A stretch of DNA of 24,022 bases from IMG/VR virus record IMGVR_UViG_3300033067_000478, positions 1 through 24,022 of that record; one strand, written 5' to 3'. Numbering within the stretch: the first letter of the stretch is position 1; every line of letters begins with the position of its first letter. The notes below the pieces were generated by a model, which was given only the letters and a program-made list of their open reading frames with translations, made no database searches and was not told the origin of the DNA. Below are positions 16,933 through 23,019 of the stretch, in pieces. This DNA is from a virus (Duplodnaviria; Caudoviricetes). The translations under genes were made by a program, and so were the position numbers.

Positions 16933-17771
16933 AAAAAAACAACGTCATTCGAATCGACAAAAATTGGGAAGAAACAAAAGTTCTTCTCATCTCTGACTTA
17001 CATTGGGATAATCCTAAATGTGACAGAGCATTACTCAAGAAACATCTTGACGAAGCATTGAAAGGGAATCACGATATTCTCATCAATGGTGACTTGTTTT
17101 GTTTGATGCAAGGTGCTTACGACCCTCGCAAATCGAAGAGCGATATTCGAGAAGAGCATAACGTCGCAAACTACTTCGACGCTATTATCAATACGGCGGT
17201 TGATTGGTTCGCACCTTACGCACATCTCATCAAGTTGGTCGGATATGGCAATCACGAAACCGCAATCTTGAAGCGTCAAGAGACAGACATAATCGAGCGA
17301 TTTGTCACTCTTCTTAACTACAAGTGTGATACACAAATTCAAGTAGGTGGCTATGGTGGATGGATTCGCTACGCTTTTCGTACTGGCGAGAAACACACGA
17401 TAAGTTACGCTATCAAATATATGCACGGATTCGGTGGAGGTGGTGCAGTAACTCGCGGTACAATTCAACACAATCGTATGAGTGTCAACGTCGAGGGCGC
17501 AGACGCGATTTGGATGGGACACGTTCACGAAGACTACGAGTTGACTTACACCGTTGAGTATCTCACACACAAAGACACGGTACAACAACGCGATATCTTA
17601 ATGATTCGCACAAGTGCGTACAAAGAAGAGTATGGAGACGGCTCTAAAGGATGGCACGTCGAGAGAGGTGCGTCACCTAAACCAATCGGAGGGCGTTGGC
17701 TTATTCTTAAACCTGTTAGAGACGAGAATGAAGGTAGAAAGATTCACGCTTACACACACAAAACGCTATGA
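16929..17771 (+). CDS. Calcineurin-like metallophosphoesterase
   Basis: All five motifs are present: SDLH, NGD, GNHE, MHG, GHVH. Confidence 0.85.
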   Translation: MKKNNVIRIDKNWEETKVLLISDLHWDNPKCDRALLKKHLDEALKGNHDILINGDLFCLMQGAYDPRKSKSDIREEHNVANYFDAIINTAVDWFAPYAHLIKLVGYGNHETAILKRQETDIIERFVTLLNYKCDTQIQVGGYGGWIRYAFRTGEKHTISYAIKYMHGFGGGGAVTRGTIQHNRMSVNVEGADAIWMGHVHEDYELTYTVEYLTHKDTVQQRDILMIRTSAYKEEYGDGSKGWHVERGASPKPIGGRWLILKPVRDENEGRKIHAYTHKTL

Positions 17772-18001
17772 TAATTGATGTGTTAATCGTTCACGAAGAG
17801 AGAAACGACAATGCGTTTCTTGAGATGGGAGTAGACCCAGAAATCATAGAGTATCTTGAAGAAGGGCTTGTCGATTTGCGTCAAGTTGTAGCAATTAGCG
17901 CGTATCACGAACACACTCAACTCTTCTTAAATGGCGGTCATTCGTTGATAATTGACGAAGACTTTTATACTTTTGCGTCACGATGGAAAAAGATGCGATA
18001 A
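17768..18001 (+). CDS. Hypothetical protein
   Basis: 77 aa acidic ORF, ATGA-coupled upstream and overlapping the next gene. Confidence 0.55.
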   Translation: MIIDVLIVHEERNDNAFLEMGVDPEIIEYLEEGLVDLRQVVAISAYHEHTQLFLNGGHSLIIDEDFYTFASRWKKMR

Positions 18002-18216
18002 ACCCAAACCACTACAAGACAGGAGATGTCGAAGCAATAGAAGCAATCAAAGCCTCTATGACACAAGAAGCATTTTATGGCTATCTCAAAGGCAACGTGT
18101 TGAAATACGTGTGGAGATTCGAGAAAAAGAATCGTCTTGAAGATTTGAAAAAAGCAAATTGGTACTTAAAACGATTGACAGATGAATATCAAGCAAACAC
18201 CATTCAAGGGCTATAA
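17983..18216 (+). CDS. DUF3310 family protein (T7 gp1.7-like nucleotide kinase family)
   Basis: INPNHY...EAIEAI...GNVLKYVWR...EDLKKANWYL signature. Confidence 0.85.
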   Translation: MEKDAINPNHYKTGDVEAIEAIKASMTQEAFYGYLKGNVLKYVWRFEKKNRLEDLKKANWYLKRLTDEYQANTIQGL

Positions 18217-18796
18217 CAAGAACGAGTCAACAAAAAAACAAATCTATCTTCATCACACCGCAGGTGGTGCGGATGGTGTCGCGGCGTTCAAGTTCTGGGA
18301 TGCAGACCCTCTAAACGTAGGTACTTGTGTTGCAATCTCTCGCAACGGTGAGATAGTACAAGGCTTTGATTCAAAGTATTGGGCGTATCACTTAGGCTTA
18401 AAGTCGTCTCACTTCTTAGGTTTACCCTACGTTAATCTCGATAAGAACTCAATCGGAATCGAGATTTGTAATTGGGGATACTTAGTCGAGAAGAAAGGCA
18501 AATTCTACAACTACGTAGGTAAAGAAGTCAAAGATGTGTGTAAACTAGACAAGCCATTCAAAGACTACACGTACTTTGAGAACTACACAAAAGAACAAAT
18601 TGCTAGTGTGAGAGAATTGCTTTTGCTATGGCGTGACGAATACGCTATTGATATAAAGTACAATGAAGATATCTGGGATGTCACAAAACGCGCATTGAGT
18701 GGGAAGAACGGTGTGTTCACTCACAACTCAGTACGTAAAGACAAAATAGATGTCTATCCACATCCACTATTGATAGATATGTTGAATGACCTTTGA
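18182..18796 (+). CDS. Endolysin, N-acetylmuramoyl-L-alanine amidase (Amidase_2)
   Basis: IYLHHTAG, WAYHLG, NSIGIEI, YTKEQIAS, THNSV..DKID motifs. Confidence 0.85.
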   Translation: MNIKQTPFKGYNKNESTKKQIYLHHTAGGADGVAAFKFWDADPLNVGTCVAISRNGEIVQGFDSKYWAYHLGLKSSHFLGLPYVNLDKNSIGIEICNWGYLVEKKGKFYNYVGKEVKDVCKLDKPFKDYTYFENYTKEQIASVRELLLLWRDEYAIDIKYNEDIWDVTKRALSGKNGVFTHNSVRKDKIDVYPHPLLIDMLNDL

Positions 18797-19334
18797 TGAA
18801 TTTTTGAACGGCTTAGGCGAACGAGCAGACTCTTTCGTCACAAAAGGAGACAGCGAGTTAAATCAAATCATCGCGAACTTCTGGAATGGTGTAACAAAGC
18901 AACTCGAAGAGCAACTTGACAAACCTAAGAAGCGAGGAAAATTCACATACGACTCAAACGCGAGTGGTAGACTACGGCAATCTATCAAACCACTAGAGAC
19001 AACGAGAACTCCTACATCGTTGACAATGCGTCTGGGAATGGAAGACTATGCAGAGTATGTCGACGCAGGTCGTCGACGTGGTAAGCGCCCACCTGTACAA
19101 GCCATCGAACAATGGCTTCTAGACAAAGGTATTCAAACGCGTACAACAAAAGGTCAAGACGTGAACGAAGCACGACGCAACAAAGCACAAGCAATCGCGA
19201 ACGCGATAGGTCGTCGAGGTATCAAACCGACAAAGTTCATACGCAACGTATGGAATCAACAACTTCTAGATGGCATTTCGACAGAACTTGCTACTAAACT
19301 AGGAAACAGAATCTTCTCGATAGATATAAAATAA
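18786..19334 (+). CDS. Putative neck/tail completion protein (HK97 gp10-like)
   Basis: ASGRLRQSI, YAEYVDAG, PPVQAIEQW, GIKPTKF; basic protein. Confidence 0.6.
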   Translation: MTFDEFLNGLGERADSFVTKGDSELNQIIANFWNGVTKQLEEQLDKPKKRGKFTYDSNASGRLRQSIKPLETTRTPTSLTMRLGMEDYAEYVDAGRRRGKRPPVQAIEQWLLDKGIQTRTTKGQDVNEARRNKAQAIANAIGRRGIKPTKFIRNVWNQQLLDGISTELATKLGNRIFSIDIK

Positions 19335-19345
19335 TTTTCTTTTTG

Positions 19346-19376
19346 TTTGCATTATGAAAGAATTGTTGTACTTTTG
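19346..19376 (+). promoter_or_regulatory. Bacteroidota sigma-70 promoter (TTTG-N19-TACTTTTG), early operon 1
   Basis: TTTG 19346-19349 and TACTTTTG 19369-19376; ATG 6 nt later. Confidence 0.8.
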
Positions 19377-19382
19377 TGAGGT

Positions 19383-19574
19383 ATGACAAACATAGAGCAA
19401 ATTCAAGAAGAGTTAAAAAAGAAACACTATCACGGTCTTCAAAAGACTATCCACGAGAGAACAGGTTTGTCTCTCCCTACTATTCGTAAGTATTTGAAAG
19501 GTGACGTATATCACCCTACCGCGGTCAAAGTATTCAAGACGGCAAAAGAAATCATTGAACGAATCGAAAACTAA
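19383..19574 (+). CDS. Small HTH DNA-binding protein (Cro-like)
   Basis: 63 aa with HTH pattern QKTIHERTGLSLPTIRKYLKG; first gene after the early promoter. Confidence 0.65.
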   Translation: MTNIEQIQEELKKKHYHGLQKTIHERTGLSLPTIRKYLKGDVYHPTAVKVFKTAKEIIERIEN

Positions 19575-19575
19575 T

Positions 19576-20109
19576 ATGAACAAAAGCGAATCAATCAAGA
19601 ACATTGGACTTGCTTTATGCAAGTTTCAAGCATCAATCGGCAAGGTGTCGAAAGAAGCAAACAACCCTTTTTTCAAATCTAAGTACGCGTCACTAGCGAA
19701 CATCTTAGACACTATTCAAAAACCATTGAGTGAGTGCGGTCTTGCGTTTGCACAACTCCCAGACGATGACGCTTTGACGACTATCTTAATTCATAGCGAG
19801 AGCGGTGAATGGATTGAAGCGTCGTACAAGATGCCTGTCGCAAAACAAAACGACCCTCAAGCGATGGGTTCTGCAATCACTTACGCACGACGCTACGCTC
19901 TAGGTGCAATCTTAGGTCTTAACATCGACGACGATGACGATGGAGAGAAAGCAATGGGGCGCACACCACAAAAAGAAACTCTCACACCTAAACACCCAAA
20001 CTGGCAACGTGCAGTAGAACACATTCAAAAAGGTGGTAAGATTAGCGACATAACTCAAAAGTACACATTGAGTGAAGTTGACTACAAATTGTTGTCTAGT
20101 GTCAAATGA
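19576..20109 (+). CDS. erf: ERF family single-strand annealing protein
   Basis: NPFFKSKYASL, IHSESGEW, DPQAMGSAITYARRYAL, DDDG. Start moved to ATG 19576. Confidence 0.9.
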   Translation: MNKSESIKNIGLALCKFQASIGKVSKEANNPFFKSKYASLANILDTIQKPLSECGLAFAQLPDDDALTTILIHSESGEWIEASYKMPVAKQNDPQAMGSAITYARRYALGAILGLNIDDDDDGEKAMGRTPQKETLTPKHPNWQRAVEHIQKGGKISDITQKYTLSEVDYKLLSSVK

Positions 20110-20119
20110 ATGATTGAGA

Positions 20120-20749
20120 ATGGTTACGACTACACAAAGTGAAGAGCAATGGCTAGAGTTGCGACGCACAAGATTTACCGCTTCACAGATTCACAAGTTG
20201 ATGGGTACTCCGAGAAACAAATCGGAGTACTTGAGCGAGACCGCGAAGACTTTTATCTACGAGAAAGGCGCAGAGATTCTCACAAACCAAAGAAACGAAA
20301 TCTATGGTCGCGCTCTCGATTGGGGTAAAGAACACGAGAAACAAGCATACGAAGCGTTTGACCCTTTCAACACTCTCGCTACTTACTACGGAGGTGAGAC
20401 GTTCGTCTTCATCGAGTATGGTGAGTTTGGTGGGTATTCTCCCGATGCGCTAGGTGATGACTTTATCGTTGAGATAAAATGTCCTTTCAATAGCGGTGTT
20501 CATCTTCGCAACTTCTCAATCAAAACAAACGAAGACTTGAAGTCGCTTCATAGCGAGTACTACTGGCAGATGCAAATGGGTATGATTGCTAGTGCTTGCG
20601 AGAATGCGTTCTTTGTTTCTTATGACCCTAGATTTGAAGACTCACACAAGTTGCACGTAGTGAATATCACACTTGACGATGTGAAAGACTTGATTGATGA
20701 GAAGTTGTACTACGCAGGTCATATGCTTAGAAATGTCATAGAATTGTAA
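20120..20749 (+). CDS. YqaJ/lambda-type exonuclease
   Basis: QSEEQWLELR..FTAS, WGKEHE, SPDA, EIKCP, YYWQMQ; adjacent to ERF. Confidence 0.88.
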   Translation: MVTTTQSEEQWLELRRTRFTASQIHKLMGTPRNKSEYLSETAKTFIYEKGAEILTNQRNEIYGRALDWGKEHEKQAYEAFDPFNTLATYYGGETFVFIEYGEFGGYSPDALGDDFIVEIKCPFNSGVHLRNFSIKTNEDLKSLHSEYYWQMQMGMIASACENAFFVSYDPRFEDSHKLHVVNITLDDVKDLIDEKLYYAGHMLRNVIEL

Positions 20750-20786
20750 AAAACAAAAGCAAATAGAAAAAAAAGTTTTCGAGTGT

Positions 20787-20817
20787 GTTGCATATGTCGG
20801 AAATAGTTGTACTTTTG
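20787..20817 (+). promoter_or_regulatory. Bacteroidota sigma-70 promoter (GTTG-N19-TACTTTTG), early operon 2
   Basis: GTTG 20787-20790 and TACTTTTG 20810-20817; shares GTTGTACTTTTG with the 19365-19376 promoter. Confidence 0.75.
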
Positions 20818-20821
20818 AAAC

Positions 20822-21010
20822 ATGATACAAACAAATATGAAAAACAACACACAGAACATCGCTCGTCAATTAGAAGTTTTAGAAATTGAATTGACAGGAA
20901 TTATCGCAATCACAAGAAAGCCAAATTTGCTTTGCCGTGAATTGTACGAAAACAGAATCGCTTTATTGCTTTCACGTAAAAATCAACTTCTTCAAACATT
21001 GGGGGCTTAA
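20822..21010 (+). CDS. Hypothetical protein
   Basis: 62 aa ORF after the promoter; ATG 20837 is an alternative start. Confidence 0.55.
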   Translation: MIQTNMKNNTQNIARQLEVLEIELTGIIAITRKPNLLCRELYENRIALLLSRKNQLLQTLGA

Positions 21011-21027
21011 TCGCCCCCACTATTTAT
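21000..21027 (+). terminator. GC-rich hairpin, weak terminator or mRNA-stabilising stem
   Basis: TGGGGGC-TTAATC-GCCCCCA followed by CTATTTAT (imperfect U tract); the stop codon lies in the loop. Confidence 0.5.
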
Positions 21028-21033
21028 ACGACT

Positions 21034-21246
21034 ATGGCACTAGACATCATTTATCTAATCATTGGCACACCTGTTGCGTTTGCGATAGGTTATGCTCACC
21101 ATTGCATCAAAAGAAACTCTAAGAGACTTCGTGAGATGCCAGAGGCAACACCTTATCAATTCGAGAAAGACGAACCAATCGCGAATTTCGATGAGTTCTC
21201 AAAAGCAATCTATGACTTCAAATTCTATAAAGGAAAAGCAAGATGA
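21034..21246 (+). CDS. Hypothetical membrane-anchored protein
   Basis: 70 aa with an N-terminal hydrophobic helix (IIYLIIGTPVAFAIGY). Confidence 0.55.
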   Translation: MALDIIYLIIGTPVAFAIGYAHHCIKRNSKRLREMPEATPYQFEKDEPIANFDEFSKAIYDFKFYKGKAR

Positions 21247-21575
21247 CACAAATCGTAGAAGCAATCGTCAACAACAAGATTGAGTATCGTGTGTACTTCA
21301 ATCAAGAAATAGTAGGTAGATTCGAAAAGAAGATATTTGCTGAGTTCTTATCAAATCGTTTGAATGGGATGTCTTATGTTCTAGTAAACGAAGACAACGA
21401 TGTGATTTGTGTGTTTGATAGCGAACCACAAATAGAAGATGTATGCTTTCAACTAGAAGAAAGTTATTCAATGGAGTTGCAAATATTCCCTTTGGGTGGT
21501 TTATACACTCACTACGAAGTATACGGTGACAATTTTTACGAAGTAGTACAAGTAGTTAAAACTAGAATCATATGA
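21243..21575 (+). CDS. Hypothetical protein
   Basis: 110 aa, ATGA-coupled on both sides. Confidence 0.55.
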   Translation: MTQIVEAIVNNKIEYRVYFNQEIVGRFEKKIFAEFLSNRLNGMSYVLVNEDNDVICVFDSEPQIEDVCFQLEESYSMELQIFPLGGLYTHYEVYGDNFYEVVQVVKTRII

Positions 21576-21664
21576 CAAATACACAACTAGCAATTTGGTA
21601 CGGGTTCATTCTCATGGCTTTTGTTCTTGGCTTTTACATAGGCAAATACGATGACCAGAAGTGA
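21572..21664 (+). CDS. Small single-TM protein
   Basis: Not in ORF track. MTNTQLAIWYGFILMAFVLGFYIGKYDDQK (30 aa); ATGA overlap upstream and fills the gap. Confidence 0.6.
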   Translation: MTNTQLAIWYGFILMAFVLGFYIGKYDDQK

Positions 21665-22040
21665 ACAATTCGATGTGATGTATATGGACATCGCACATAT
21701 CGTCGCTAAACTTTCAAGGTGCAATCGTGCAAAAGTCGGCGCAATTATAGTCAAAGATGGCAATATCATATCATTTGGCTACAATGGTACACCGACAGGA
21801 TTTTGCAACGAATGTGAAGAGAACGATGTGACGAAAGACGAAGTCATTCACGCAGAAATGAACGCTATCTTAAAAGCGGGTATAAACGCTCAAGGTGCAA
21901 CGATGTACGTCACGATGTCTCCTTGTATACAATGCTCTAAGATAATCAAACAGAGCGGTTTAGAATGCGTTATATTCGACAATTTATATAGAGACACTCA
22001 AGGACTGGATAAACTAAAAATAAATTATAGACAACTATGA
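21651..22040 (+). CDS. dCMP deaminase (ComEB-like)
   Basis: SRCxRxKVGA, GYNG, HAEMNAI and SPCIQC zinc-binding motifs. Confidence 0.9.
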   Translation: MTRSEQFDVMYMDIAHIVAKLSRCNRAKVGAIIVKDGNIISFGYNGTPTGFCNECEENDVTKDEVIHAEMNAILKAGINAQGATMYVTMSPCIQCSKIIKQSGLECVIFDNLYRDTQGLDKLKINYRQL

Positions 22041-22237
22041 AGAAGGAATCGCAACTCAAGAAAGTGAAGACTCACTTGATGAATGGTAAGTCAATCACAC
22101 CAATCGACGCTTTGAATTTGTACGGCTCATTTCGACTTGCCGCGCTTATTCATACGCTCAGACACAAAGAAGGTCTTGACATTGTATGTGATGAGACCGA
22201 GGGATTTGGTAGATATTCAATCGCAACAAAAAAATAG
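22037..22237 (+). CDS. Small winged-HTH protein
   Basis: HLMNGKSITPIDALNLYGSFRLAALIHTLR, a common phage wHTH family. Confidence 0.7.
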   Translation: MKKESQLKKVKTHLMNGKSITPIDALNLYGSFRLAALIHTLRHKEGLDIVCDETEGFGRYSIATKK

Positions 22238-22268
22238 TTTGCTATTTATCTACAAATCATTACTTTTG
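22238..22268 (+). promoter_or_regulatory. Bacteroidota sigma-70 promoter (TTTG-N19-TACTTTTG) of the replication operon
   Basis: TTTG 22238-22241 and TACTTTTG 22261-22268. Confidence 0.8.
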
Positions 22269-22273
22269 TAAAG

Positions 22274-22363
22274 TATTAGAGTTGTGTGCGAGACAACTAT
22301 CCAAAGACATTTGCCCTCGGCAAGTATCGAACTCGCACTTCGGTATTTGTACGAGGGTTTTTT
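22274..22363 (+). ncRNA. Structured leader RNA: two hairpins with complementary loops, ending in a terminator-like U tract
   Basis: AGTTGT/ACAACT stem with loop GTGCGAG; 18-bp stem 22314-22357 with loop CTCGCAC; TTTTTT at 22358-22363. Confidence 0.7.
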
Positions 22364-22368
22364 AATTT

Positions 22369-23019
22369 ATGAAAGAACAAAACGAAGAACTGGGAATGTT
22401 TGTACTATTCCCAACAAACTATCTAGAGCATATGACTCCAAGACAAGCAGTCTTAATGGGTATGTTGATAGGTATGTCAAAGAGAAGTGGATACGCCTAT
22501 CCATCGAATAAAACTATCGGGACTATTCTCAATATGACGACAATCACCGTACAAAGAGAATTGGCAATACTAGAAGAAAAGGGATTTTTGACACGTCAAC
22601 TTATACGAGATGACAACAACCAGGTAGTATCAAGACGGATATACCCTCACATCAAAACTGATACTACCCTCATATCAAATCTGATACCACCCTCATATCA
22701 GAATTGCAATAGTAATAAGGATAATACTATATGTATAAATGATAAATATACATTCGATTATTTTTGGGATTTATACAAAAAGAAAGGAGTCAAAGAAACT
22801 GCTAAAAAAGCATTTAAGAAATTGAATGACTCAGAAAAAGAATTACTTGTGACGTTTATACCAAAATACATAGAGCATCATACAAAAGCGGACAAGATAG
22901 ATTTCTTACCACACTTTTCGACTTTCTTAAATCAAAAGAGGTGGAATGATGAACTACCGTACAAAATAAAAGAAGTAGCACAAATTACACCGAATAAACC
23001 TAAACTTGCAACACTATGA
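22369..23019 (+). CDS. Phage replication initiator (N-terminal HTH, lambda O-like organisation)
   Basis: GYAYPSNKTIG...TVQRELAILEEKGFL HTH; C-terminal FDYFWDLY...AKKAF...PHFSTFLNQKRW; internal iterons; ATGA-coupled to DnaB. Confidence 0.8.
   Translation: MKEQNEELGMFVLFPTNYLEHMTPRQAVLMGMLIGMSKRSGYAYPSNKTIGTILNMTTITVQRELAILEEKGFLTRQLIRDDNNQVVSRRIYPHIKTDTTLISNLIPPSYQNCNSNKDNTICINDKYTFDYFWDLYKKKGVKETAKKAFKKLNDSEKELLVTFIPKYIEHHTKADKIDFLPHFSTFLNQKRWNDELPYKIKEVAQITPNKPKLATL
22642..22710 (+). repeat. Three 23-bp tandem repeats (iterons, probable replication origin)
   Basis: TACCCTCACATCAAAACTGATAC / TACCCTCATATCAAATCTGATAC / CACCCTCATATCAGAATTGCAAT, followed by an AT-rich tract. Confidence 0.8.

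Noticed and set aside
19059-19078. GTCGACG...CGTCGAC inverted repeat
   Set aside because: Inside the neck gene, explained by the VDAGRRR codons, with no U tract.
22223-22247. GCAACA-N13-CTATTT as another late promoter (also CTATTT at 21020, 2104, 13491, 15917)
   Set aside because: Spacing differs or there is no start codon 6-7 nt downstream; the 22242 copy lies within a host-type promoter spacer.
22284-22511. 75 aa ORF over the replication leader
   Set aside because: Its GTG start is buried in hairpin 1 and it overlaps the initiator out of frame; the RNA structure explains the region better. A leader-peptide role is not fully excluded.
22642-22710. Tandem repeats as a CRISPR mini-array
   Set aside because: The repeats abut with no spacers and lie inside the initiator gene, which fits iterons.
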